A stretch of 64,000 nt of DNA from an uncultured Candidatus Saccharibacteria bacterium (GCA_964546555.1 CAZJJX010000002.1:16263-80262), one strand, 5' to 3'. Positions 27,562-36,282 are shown, counted from the first letter of the stretch. Numbers and translations are program-made. The notes: generated by a model from the sequence alone, not told the origin.

Positions 27562-30500
27562 ATGAAATCCAATAAAATCCTTCTAGTTCTACCATTATTC
27601 TTTGCGATATATGGTGCAGCTTTTGCAACAATTCCTCCATTTAATCTTGTTTCATCACAAACCTCCACCTCAACCTTAGGTACATCTTCATCAACCTCTT
27701 TGTCAAAAGTAGGGGCAGTTTGTACAGATATTACTCGAACGCTTGTACTTTTTTCTGCGGATACAAAAAAGAACCGTGATGTTAGCGCTCTGCAAACGTA
27801 CCTTCGCTCTATTGGTTTGTATACAGGTAAAATAAGTGGAAGCTATAACCTTGAAACCGAAAAAGCGGTCAAAGTTTTTCAAAAGCAAAATAATATCACA
27901 TCATCTGGGATGGTGATGAAGCAAACACGAGGGGCCATAAAAAATAAAACATGTACTACAAAGACAGCGGAAAATCTTCTGCCTCCTGTTTTTGATTTAG
28001 AAAAAGGCAGACCATTACCGGGTGCTACAACTTCTTTAACATATCATCAAGACATTCAACTAGATGAGCCGCTTCCTCCTGCTGGTTTCCTTGTGCCTAC
28101 TAAAGAATCTATTCCTAAAGGGTATAGTAGAAACAAAAAAACCGGAGGTACATTTTTGGTTGCCACAGGTACGGTAGGTTATGATTGGGAATACGAAAGA
28201 TTAGATTACGTAAATGGAGAATATAATAAAAATACAATTACGTTTAGTCAGTTCCACTATGCTGAGAATAATGCTGCCAACCAAGAAGCGATACGTAAAA
28301 CAATAGAACTAAATGTTGAAAAAGGAAACTGGAAAGGTAGATATTTTATGTATAACAATTCCAAAGGCTATCTCAAGAATAGTATTGGAAATAACTTCGA
28401 AACTTTTGAACTCTACTGGGACGATAGGGGTACTTTCCTACAAATAAAACTTAACGTGCCAGTGAACAAGTTTACCGATCAACAAGTTGTTAATATTTTA
28501 AGAACAATGAGATATACCGACGGGAAAGGTCTTATTGATACAGAGGTTGGTGATTCTCAGCCAACTTTTTATGGCACCTCAACGATAGAGGTTGAAAGAA
28601 AGCTTAAGATGGCTTCTTCCTTAAAGAACGAGTACACCATGAAGCAGGTACATGTACCGGACGGGTTACTTGGGCCTACGAGTAAATCGTTACCAGCTAT
28701 GTCTCCTTACGTCGGAGAGTCAATAAGTGGAAGTGAAGATTATTTCTACAATATTTCGCCAAAAGAAAAAGGTTACCGGATAACCTTCATGGGAATTTTG
28801 ATACCAGAAGATCCACAAGGGTCGACGTCGTATTTTTCTTATGTGCGGTTCTCAGAAACTTTAGCTACAAGCACAGAGAGCTCGTATGAGGCACGAAGTC
28901 AAAACGATCTCAAAGAAATTAAACGTCTTGCGTCAATAGATGGGGCAACAGTTAAAGATATACAAGTAAAAAAGTTTACGTATCAAGGTCGTGAAGGTGT
29001 TCTTTATTCATACAAGGATATGTATCAAGTTTACAATCTTCATTATAATGATAACGGAAACGACCTCCAGATTATTATTAATAATCCACCAAAAAATGTA
29101 TACACCGAAGAAAAAGTTATTGATATTTTAAGTACGCTTGTTCGTGCTCCATCTGATCTTATATATGACTCTCCAGAGATATCAGTTGTTGTACCTCCAA
29201 AAGGACTTCTTGGTATCAGTCAAAAATCTTTACTAAAGGGTTTTAGTCTGACACCGGAGAGTAAAGCGATGTCTGATAAAAACTCTACTCTTACTAAGTG
29301 GTATTCAGTAAGTTATGGTTTTGAAGATGTAGATAGACGGGATAATCGTTCATTTCCAGCAAGACAAGGACCAAGAATTGCACAGATTGTATTTAGTGAG
29401 CATGAGGTCGCTCCTTACCTAGATGGGAATGATACACAAGGTTTGACAATGTCATATCAATATATTGTGAGCGCCTTTCTCGACAACATTGCACAGGGGT
29501 ATGGTTCAGCTAGGTTCTTCACCTATAACGGTCGTCAGGGATTCCTTTGGTACTCAACAACGAGTCCTGACGTAGAAAATGTGCAGTATAGTATGGTATG
29601 GGATGATTCGGGTAAAGTATTCCAGATTAACGTATCCGCGCCGTTTTCTATGTACACACAACAAGATGTAATAAATATTCTTACTACATTAAGACGGTCA
29701 GACGGAAAAAAACTTGATGAAGTTGGGTTATCTTCTGCAAAACCAGTTTTCTTTGGAAAAGAAATTAAGATCGATCAAGACTTATCTAGATTACGCGCTA
29801 TTGAGCTTAAGTGGCCAATCTTACCTTCTGTTATTCCTGATGTTGGAAGAAAAGGATTGCTTATTCCTACTAATAGCACCGTACGGTTTGCCACCTCGTC
29901 ATACCTTTACGTATATCTAAATAATAAAGAAAATAGTAGTAATTTTCACCAGTACTACTTCTATATGAATGAAGATGCTCCTTACTGGCTCTATGTTAGA
30001 GAAAGTGATCAAAAATCTTATCAGAGTATTACATCAGCTAAAAATAATCTAGCATTAGCTGGTAATTCTGGATCATGGTTTAATCTTAAGAAGTTTACAT
30101 ATCAAGGCAATGAGGGCGTGCTATATACTCACAAAAGGCAAGGTAGGGTTACGTATGATCTGCACTACAATGATGAAGGGAGAGATTTAACTATTAATCT
30201 TTCTGAGATTCCAGAAGACGATGCTCCGTCAAAAGATACTGTGATCGGTCTTTTAAAAACACTTAAACGATCTGATGGACACTTCGCTGAGATGATAGCT
30301 AACGCATCCTCGTCAGACAGAGGTGAGATTGTTCTTCGGTTAGGACATGTTCAAAATATGGACGATGTTGCAAAAAAGGTACAAAAAGGGTTACTTATTC
30401 CAACACAAAGTTCTATTTGTAAACATTGTGTGAGTACATCGTTTGGATCATCTCAAGACCCAGATGGTGGAGGGAGTTATGAGGGGGTATTTGTGCCACT

Positions 30501-30825
30501 TACCCCAAATTGGAGCAAAGATGCATTCAGTGTTACTTTTAAAGAGGATAAAAGTAACTATAAAAAAGGTACATATGCTTCATTGAGTAAAGAAGATTAT
30601 CAAAATATTCTTAAAACTACAAAAGAAGTATCACAAAAAACTTTTACTCATAACGGAAGCGAGGGTGTTATTTATAGTTACGGAGATGGTGATACTAGGA
30701 ATTTTAGTTTGCACTATAATGATGGGGGAGATGATCTGCAGATTGTGATTAAGAACGCACCAAAGGATATGTATTCAGAAGATTCGGTAATAGCATTACT
30801 AAAAACTTTCAAGCGTAAAACCTAA
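27562..30825 (+). CDS. secreted 1087-aa protein: signal peptide, peptidoglycan-binding (PGBD1-like) domain, five copies of a novel ~90-aa repeat
   Basis: SP 'ILLVLPLFFAIYGAAFA'; 'ALQTYLRSIGLYTGKISGSYNLETEKAVKVFQKQNNITSSGMV' PG_binding_1-like; repeats 'FTYQG.EGVLY...Y.LHYND.G.DLQI.I.N.P...Y.E..VI..L.TL.R' at ~28340, 28969, 29515, 30092, 30640. Confidence 0.6.
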   Translation: MKSNKILLVLPLFFAIYGAAFATIPPFNLVSSQTSTSTLGTSSSTSLSKVGAVCTDITRTLVLFSADTKKNRDVSALQTYLRSIGLYTGKISGSYNLETEKAVKVFQKQNNITSSGMVMKQTRGAIKNKTCTTKTAENLLPPVFDLEKGRPLPGATTSLTYHQDIQLDEPLPPAGFLVPTKESIPKGYSRNKKTGGTFLVATGTVGYDWEYERLDYVNGEYNKNTITFSQFHYAENNAANQEAIRKTIELNVEKGNWKGRYFMYNNSKGYLKNSIGNNFETFELYWDDRGTFLQIKLNVPVNKFTDQQVVNILRTMRYTDGKGLIDTEVGDSQPTFYGTSTIEVERKLKMASSLKNEYTMKQVHVPDGLLGPTSKSLPAMSPYVGESISGSEDYFYNISPKEKGYRITFMGILIPEDPQGSTSYFSYVRFSETLATSTESSYEARSQNDLKEIKRLASIDGATVKDIQVKKFTYQGREGVLYSYKDMYQVYNLHYNDNGNDLQIIINNPPKNVYTEEKVIDILSTLVRAPSDLIYDSPEISVVVPPKGLLGISQKSLLKGFSLTPESKAMSDKNSTLTKWYSVSYGFEDVDRRDNRSFPARQGPRIAQIVFSEHEVAPYLDGNDTQGLTMSYQYIVSAFLDNIAQGYGSARFFTYNGRQGFLWYSTTSPDVENVQYSMVWDDSGKVFQINVSAPFSMYTQQDVINILTTLRRSDGKKLDEVGLSSAKPVFFGKEIKIDQDLSRLRAIELKWPILPSVIPDVGRKGLLIPTNSTVRFATSSYLYVYLNNKENSSNFHQYYFYMNEDAPYWLYVRESDQKSYQSITSAKNNLALAGNSGSWFNLKKFTYQGNEGVLYTHKRQGRVTYDLHYNDEGRDLTINLSEIPEDDAPSKDTVIGLLKTLKRSDGHFAEMIANASSSDRGEIVLRLGHVQNMDDVAKKVQKGLLIPTQSSICKHCVSTSFGSSQDPDGGGSYEGVFVPLTPNWSKDAFSVTFKEDKSNYKKGTYASLSKEDYQNILKTTKEVSQKTFTHNGSEGVIYSYGDGDTRNFSLHYNDGGDDLQIVIKNAPKDMYSEDSVIALLKTFKRKT

Positions 30826-31103
30826 GAACTATAAGCTTGATTTTATAAAATTTGCTTTTTAAAAACAGGAGCTTATACTACAGGAAGGTGCTTAGGTATT
30901 TTTCTGGATAAAACATCTTTGGGTTATAGAATATTGCGAAAAGGCCGAGGCCTCTCCGTTTTCTTACCCACCTGAATTAAAACATCAGGAAGATGTCCTA
31001 GGCACCTTATACTACAATCCCCGTAAGGGGATTTTAGTATTTCAATAGCTCAGGTCATTTTTTTGGTGTCTGTGATACACTAAAATTAGATAATATATAA
31101 AAC

Positions 31104-31682
31104 ATGGACCAAAATACAGTTACAGAGTTAGAACAAGCATCGGAGATACAAAAAGCGTACAATAAAAAAATACAGTACGGTTACGGTGTTGGAATACGTT
31201 GGTTTTTTATGTCTGTTGTACCTTGTGTTTTCATCGCGTCATTTCTATACGGTGTAACATTATGGTTTTTTGTTATAGTTCTTCTTCCTGTTATACCAAT
31301 TATTTTTGCTGTAATTGATGGTTCTCGATTGAGAAAGAAAGCAAAACAAGATCAGGATCTTGTGATAACTGATCACGCTAATTCAGGAATTATTATACAT
31401 GACGCAAAAAGTTCAGGTTTTTCAAAGTATAATTTAGCTGTGCTATGGGTTATTGCAGTTGTGGTTTCTGCAGCAGGTATTATTGGGATGTTCTTTGGTA
31501 TTAATCTTTATATTTCTTTTAAGACTGCGCTTGGGTTTAAGGATACGCATGACATTTTTGATACTCTTTTTTTGATTTTTATTGGACTGTGGCCAATTTT
31601 CTTAGTAATTCAAGTTACAATTGAAAAGATACAAAGAAAAAAATTGTTAGACTCCCAAAATTCCTCCACAGGACCTGAATAG
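31104..31682 (+). CDS. hypothetical membrane protein (4 TM)
   Basis: ORF, hydrophobic helices. Confidence 0.4.
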   Translation: MDQNTVTELEQASEIQKAYNKKIQYGYGVGIRWFFMSVVPCVFIASFLYGVTLWFFVIVLLPVIPIIFAVIDGSRLRKKAKQDQDLVITDHANSGIIIHDAKSSGFSKYNLAVLWVIAVVVSAAGIIGMFFGINLYISFKTALGFKDTHDIFDTLFLIFIGLWPIFLVIQVTIEKIQRKKLLDSQNSSTGPE

Positions 31683-31799
31683 ATTAGTTGCTTACTTTAG
31701 AGCTTAGTATCTTATACTACAATACCCTAAAAAAGGTTGGATGTAGTAATCTTTTCTAGATACCTAGAAGTGTTTACTTCATACTGCTATACTAGAACA

Positions 31800-32156
31800 A
31801 TGAAACGAATTATAGTAACAGGACTTCTCTTGCTGGGTGTCTACTTAGTGTCAACATTTATTTTTGACCCAGCAAATTTATATTATGAATTACCATGGCT
31901 TGATATACCGATGCATTTTATTGGAGGCTTTTGTGTAACACTATTTGTTCTTGCTGTAGCATCTCACGGGCATCAAAAACTTTCTTTGACACAGGTCTTT
32001 ATGGTATACCTCATGGTTGCAATCACGTGGGAGCTTTATGAAGTGTTCAGAGATCTACTTGTTCGACATACAGAGTGGAATGGTTGGCAAGATACACTTG
32101 CGGATGTTTTTAATGGTGCTGTAGGAACATGGGTAGCATTTTCTCTACGAAAGTGA
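31800..32156 (+). CDS. hypothetical small membrane protein
   Basis: Start at MKRIIV (ORF track begins at a TTG at 31737). Confidence 0.4.
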   Translation: MKRIIVTGLLLLGVYLVSTFIFDPANLYYELPWLDIPMHFIGGFCVTLFVLAVASHGHQKLSLTQVFMVYLMVAITWELYEVFRDLLVRHTEWNGWQDTLADVFNGAVGTWVAFSLRK

Positions 32157-32198
32157 CAGTGCTTAGTGTTATGTGCGCTCTTTCGTGTATACTGTTTT

Positions 32199-32228
32199 CT
32201 AAAGTCTAAAGTCTAAAGTCTAAAGTCT
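32199..32228. repeat. heptanucleotide tandem repeat (CTAAAGT)x4.3 in 5' region of beta-CASP RNase gene
   Basis: 'TCTAAAGTCTAAAGTCTAAAGTCTAAAGTCTG' directly read; 12 nt upstream of ATG 32240. Confidence 0.85.
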
Positions 32229-32239
32229 GTCTCATTACT

Positions 32240-33613
32240 ATGTCTACATTTAAAGTTACGTTTGCAGGAGGGGCTCAGATGCCAACAGGATCTAACTTCT
32301 TGGTGGAGTTTGGTGGTAAAAAAATCTTAATTGATTGCGGTCTTGTTCAGGGTGAAAAATACTCACTTCCAATTAACAGTGAGCCATTTTCATATGACCC
32401 TACAGCAATTGAGTATCTATTTGTGACTCATGCTCACCTCGACCATGTCGGGCGCATCCCACAACTAGTTCGTGCAGGTTTTAGGGGGTCTATTATAAGT
32501 ACAGCTCCTACCCGAGAGATGGGGGAGCTAATTATGCTCGACTCACTTGGTATTCTAGGAAAGGAAGCAGCACAAGCGGGGGTGCCAGTACTCTATGAAG
32601 AAAAAGATGTTTTTGAAAGTATGCATCTATGGAAGGATACGCTCTCTTATGAAGAGGTTTTTACTATTAAAACTGATGACGGGGATGCTACGGTTACTCT
32701 TCATGACGCGGGACATATATTAGGTAGTTCAATTGTAGAGATTACGTATAAGGGTAAGAAAATTGCTTTTACCGGGGATCTAGGTAACACGCCGTCACCG
32801 CTTATGAAAGATACAACGCTTCTTAAAGATATTGATTATCTCGTTATAGAAAGTGTGTACGGCGATAGAAATCATAAAGATAAAGATCAGCGTATTGAAA
32901 TATTTAAAGAAGCCGTTACCTCAACAATTATAAAAGGGGGGACTGTACTTATTCCTGCATTTTCTATTGAGCGTACGCAGGAGCTCTTAATGGCTTTTAA
33001 TGAACTTGTAGAATCACATCAAATTCCAGAAATTCCTGTATACCTTAATTCACCGCTTGGTATCAATATTACAAAGGTGTACAAAAAATATGAAAGTTGG
33101 TTCAATGAAAATGCTGAATCAATCATAAAAAGTGGAGACGACATTTTTGCTTTTAAAGGTCTTATTCAGACACCGACACCAGAAGAGAGTAAAGCAATCA
33201 ACGGAGACCACAGACCAAAAGTTATTATTGCAGGAAGTGGCATGAGTAACGGTGGAAGAATTCTTCATCATGAAGCGCAATACTTACCTGACCCAAACAG
33301 CACAATTATTATTGTCGGATATCAATCAGTGGGCACTGTCGGACGTCACATTGTCGATGAAGAAAAAGAAATTTTTATTCATGGTAATCGTGTGCCACTG
33401 CGTGCACGTGTGGTTAATATTCATGGATTTTCTGCACATAAAGATTCTGAGCATCTTGTGGAGTTTGTTGCATCAACTGCAGAGACACTTAAAAAAGTTA
33501 TTGTAGTACTTGGAGAACCAAAGAGTACCTATTTCTTAGGACAACGCATCCACGAAACATATGATGTGCCTGTTGTGGTACCAGAGAAAGGGGATGTATT
33601 GGAGCTTGAGTAA
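32240..33613 (+). CDS. MBL-fold beta-CASP family ribonuclease (RNase J/CPSF73-like)
   Basis: 'FVTHAHLDHVGRIP' (HxHxDH), 'DAGHILGSS', beta-CASP 'ESVYGDR', C-terminal His 'HGFSAHKD'. Confidence 0.75.
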   Translation: MSTFKVTFAGGAQMPTGSNFLVEFGGKKILIDCGLVQGEKYSLPINSEPFSYDPTAIEYLFVTHAHLDHVGRIPQLVRAGFRGSIISTAPTREMGELIMLDSLGILGKEAAQAGVPVLYEEKDVFESMHLWKDTLSYEEVFTIKTDDGDATVTLHDAGHILGSSIVEITYKGKKIAFTGDLGNTPSPLMKDTTLLKDIDYLVIESVYGDRNHKDKDQRIEIFKEAVTSTIIKGGTVLIPAFSIERTQELLMAFNELVESHQIPEIPVYLNSPLGINITKVYKKYESWFNENAESIIKSGDDIFAFKGLIQTPTPEESKAINGDHRPKVIIAGSGMSNGGRILHHEAQYLPDPNSTIIIVGYQSVGTVGRHIVDEEKEIFIHGNRVPLRARVVNIHGFSAHKDSEHLVEFVASTAETLKKVIVVLGEPKSTYFLGQRIHETYDVPVVVPEKGDVLELE

Positions 33614-33640
33614 ACGTTGATAGCTAATAGCAGATAGCTT

Positions 33641-33991
33641 ATGGCAGATTACAAAACACTCAGAGTTTGGCAAAGATCAACAAGTTTTTGTATTTCAATT
33701 TATAAAATCACTAAAAAATTTCCTTCTGAGGAACAGTTTGGAATAATTTCTCAATTACGTCGAGCTTCTTTGTCAATTCCTTCAAACATTGCAGAGGGAA
33801 GTAAAAGGTCAACTGATAAAAGTTACGCATCTTTTTTAAGAATTTCCTTAGGATCTGGAGCAGAGATCGAAACACAATTATACATTGCAAAAGAATTGGA
33901 ATATATTTCGAACGAAGAATATAAAGAATTAATTTTTGAGCTTAGTGAAATAATGAAAATGCTAATGATGTTTATTAAAAAAGTTGTGTAA
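33641..33991 (+). CDS. four-helix-bundle protein (TIGR02436 / '23S rRNA intervening-sequence protein', Avd-like)
   Basis: 'SQLRRASLSIPSNIAEGSKR', 'SLGSGAEIETQLYIAKEL' signatures. Confidence 0.8.
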   Translation: MADYKTLRVWQRSTSFCISIYKITKKFPSEEQFGIISQLRRASLSIPSNIAEGSKRSTDKSYASFLRISLGSGAEIETQLYIAKELEYISNEEYKELIFELSEIMKMLMMFIKKVV

Positions 33992-34092
33992 GTGCAGTAT
34001 TGAATTGAGTTACTATAAGCTACTGTCTATTAGCCATAAGCAACTTACACTATACACTACCAACTATTAACCATTAACTATATACTGTTTAC

Positions 34093-34668
34093 ATGAAATC
34101 AGAACGAATTACAATCAGTGTGTCAGGTGCAGCAGAGATAGCACATTGCGGCCCATCAGTTATTCCAATTGCTAAAGAATTAGGGCGAGAGATTGCACGA
34201 CAAGGTGCACAGATTGCAACAGGGGCAACAAGTGGTTTCCCTCTTTATGCTGCAGAGGGCGCAAAAGAAGTTGGGGGATTTTCTTTCGGGCTTTCGCCAG
34301 CCGCTAGTAAAAAAGAGCATCTAGAAGTCTATCGTTTACCTACAAAGGCAATGGACGCAATTATTTATACTGGGTTTGGTTTCCCGGGCCGAGATTTGAT
34401 GCTTATCCGGTCATCAGATGCGGTTGTTATAGGTTGTGGGCGTATTGGTACCATTCATGAGTTTACCGTTGCCTGGGAGGCAAATATGCCTCTTGGGGTG
34501 CTTGAGGGTGAGTGGGCAACAGACGAGGTTATTAAAAATATTATTGCCAACAGCAATCGCTCAAACCCAAACGTAGTCTTTGAAAAAGATCCAAAAATCA
34601 TGATTGAAAAATTGATCAAGATGGTGCGTGACAAGGAGGGGAACGGTGAGCGAGAGATGAGATTGTAG
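34093..34668 (+). CDS. LOG/TIGR00725-family Rossmann-fold protein (SLOG-like)
   Basis: 'TGATSGFPLYAAEGA', 'VIGCGRIGTIHEFTVAWE' (PGGxGTxxE-like motif). Confidence 0.55.
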   Translation: MKSERITISVSGAAEIAHCGPSVIPIAKELGREIARQGAQIATGATSGFPLYAAEGAKEVGGFSFGLSPAASKKEHLEVYRLPTKAMDAIIYTGFGFPGRDLMLIRSSDAVVIGCGRIGTIHEFTVAWEANMPLGVLEGEWATDEVIKNIIANSNRSNPNVVFEKDPKIMIEKLIKMVRDKEGNGEREMRL

Positions 34669-34669
34669 C

Positions 34670-34790
34670 AGAGATAACAGATAACAGACTTTAAGACCAT
34701 TACGCATTCAGAAAATACAGAGTTGTAACCGAAGGTCACAACTCTGTATTTTTGTAGTCTGATGTCTGAAAGCGTAGCGGTCTGATTGTC
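34670..34790. repeat. MITE-like repeat element copy a (terminal 'CAGATAACAGAC'/'AGCGTAGCGGTCTGAT' ends, central CGAAGG hairpin terminator 34712-34754)
   Basis: 'AATACAGAGTTGT-AACCGAAGGTC-ACAACTCTGTATT' + TTTTT, followed by 'TCTGAAAGCGTAGCGGTCTGAT' motif shared with 35583, 35669 and 52035. Confidence 0.5.
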
Positions 34791-34827
34791 TACAGGTCGC
34801 ACCAAGTTCTCCTGCTATACTATTTCC

Positions 34828-35556
34828 ATGTCCAAAAAACTTCAATTCTCACTTCTTGGCCTAGGTATTATTTTCTTTTTCTATAACGGATTTTTTGATT
34901 TCTCGGAGTATGGTCTTGATAAAGTATATTTAACCGTAAGTACATTTCTTTTTTCTGTTTTTAACGGGTTCTTTATATCGCGTCAATCGACCCGCTATAG
35001 CGATATTCGAAATGGTCTAAGCCGCTTTGATGCTGATATGACGATTGTCTTTCGTGAGAGTACTCATTTACGTAAAGAAGAGCATGAACATATTGCACAT
35101 CTCATACGAGAGCACTATGCGATCTTACTTAAGAAAAAAGACTGGGCTTATTATTTTACGCACAAGTCTCATCTCATTAGTGATATTCATGCGTCACTCC
35201 AAAAGTATGGTGATATTGATATGGATAAAGTTCGAGGCGAGTGTATTCGTAAGATGATGGGGACTCTTGATGATGCACAGATTGTTCGTAAGATGCTTGT
35301 ATCCCTTAAGGAAGAAACAATTCCAAAGCTTCAGCAGGTTTTTATTTATGTTCTTGCGGTTATTTTATTCTTGGCTGTGCTTACACTTCCTTCTAAAGAT
35401 CTTGTTTTTGCGTCACTTCTTAAGAGTGTGTATATGATGACAATTGTGATCGTCGTTATCTTGCTTAAGCGTTTCGATAATCTCACACTTTTTGAAAGTA
35501 CTATCGGTGAACATAGTGCAAAGGATGTGATTAGTATTATTGATGGAGAAAAATAG
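34828..35556 (+). CDS. hypothetical membrane protein
   Basis: Start at MSKKLQF; TM helices at both ends. Confidence 0.4.
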   Translation: MSKKLQFSLLGLGIIFFFYNGFFDFSEYGLDKVYLTVSTFLFSVFNGFFISRQSTRYSDIRNGLSRFDADMTIVFRESTHLRKEEHEHIAHLIREHYAILLKKKDWAYYFTHKSHLISDIHASLQKYGDIDMDKVRGECIRKMMGTLDDAQIVRKMLVSLKEETIPKLQQVFIYVLAVILFLAVLTLPSKDLVFASLLKSVYMMTIVIVVILLKRFDNLTLFESTIGEHSAKDVISIIDGEK

Positions 35557-35580
35557 GGGTAGATGTCATACTTTATGACA

Positions 35581-35695
35581 ACAGACCGCTACGCTAACAG
35601 ATAGTAGACTAATTTAAAGCGCGACCTTCGGTCGCGCTTTAAATGTGTAGTAAGTTGTATTGTCCGACTATCTGTTAGCGTAGCGGTCTGATAGT
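35581..35695. repeat. MITE-like repeat element copy b/c: 25-bp inverted repeats around a UUCG-tetraloop GC hairpin, between convergent genes
   Basis: 'ACAGACCGCTACGCTAACAGATAGT' ... 'TTAAAGCGCGACC-TTCG-GGTCGCGCTTTAA' ... 'ACTATCTGTTAGCGTAGCGGTCTGAT'. Confidence 0.55.
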
Positions 35696-35708
35696 CAGGT
35701 GTCTGTAT

Positions 35709-36056
35709 CTACCCTTTAACGTGTGTCACGATACGTGAAAATGTCTCAGGGTTATCTTGTGCAATTTCTGCGAGCATCTTACGGTTAATGATAATGTTAT
35801 TTTTCGTAAGTTTGTCGATGAATACTGAGTAGGTGATACCTAGAGCACGAAGTCCTGCGTTAAGACGTACAGTAAAGAGACGGCGCATGTCAGTCTTCTT
35901 GTCCTTACGGTGTGCAAATGCATGTGCACCTGCATGGCGAAGTGCAACTTTTGCTTCAACTTCTTTCTTACTGCGACCGAAGCGATAACCTTTTGCTCGT
36001 TTAAGAACATTGCGGCGGTGCTTCATTGCGATGATACTGCGTTTTACTCGTGACAT
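35709..36056 (-). CDS. rplT: 50S ribosomal protein L20
   Basis: 'MSRVKRSIIAMKHRRNVLKRAKGYRFGRSK' canonical L20 N-terminus. Confidence 0.9.
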   Translation of the reverse strand: MSRVKRSIIAMKHRRNVLKRAKGYRFGRSKKEVEAKVALRHAGAHAFAHRKDKKTDMRRLFTVRLNAGLRALGITYSVFIDKLTKNNIIINRKMLAEIAQDNPETFSRIVTHVKG

Positions 36057-36093
36057 AGTAGTTAAATTAGATAATTAAAAGACGGGTAGGTAA

Positions 36094-36282
36094 TTATAGA
36101 AGACCTGGAAGAAAACGAGACTTTTCTTTACTTGTCATCGCGAAATCCTGTCCACGCTTACCAGCAAGCTGCTTTCGGCGAGATGTTTTTGCATTGAAGT
36201 GGTTAAGACCTGGCTTACGAGCAATGATCTTACCATTTTTGGTGACCTTAAGTCGCTTAAGAAATGATTTGTTTGTTTTCAT
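36094..36282 (-). CDS. rpmI: 50S ribosomal protein L35
   Basis: 'MKTNKSFLKRLKVTKNGKIIARKPG..H' L35 pattern; ORF track extends to 36366 but the conserved start is MKTNKS. Confidence 0.75.
   Translation of the reverse strand: MKTNKSFLKRLKVTKNGKIIARKPGLNHFNAKTSRRKQLAGKRGQDFAMTSKEKSRFLPGLL

Noticed and set aside
32199-32228. Possible CRISPR array
   Set aside because: It is a 7-bp perfect tandem repeat with no spacers. No CRISPR-like repeat-spacer structure or cas genes are present in the window.
33641-33991. Four-helix-bundle (Avd-like) genes as evidence for a diversity-generating retroelement
   Set aside because: No reverse transcriptase, and no template/variable repeat pair differing at adenines, is visible anywhere in the window. 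The genes appear to be stand-alone IVS-type copies.
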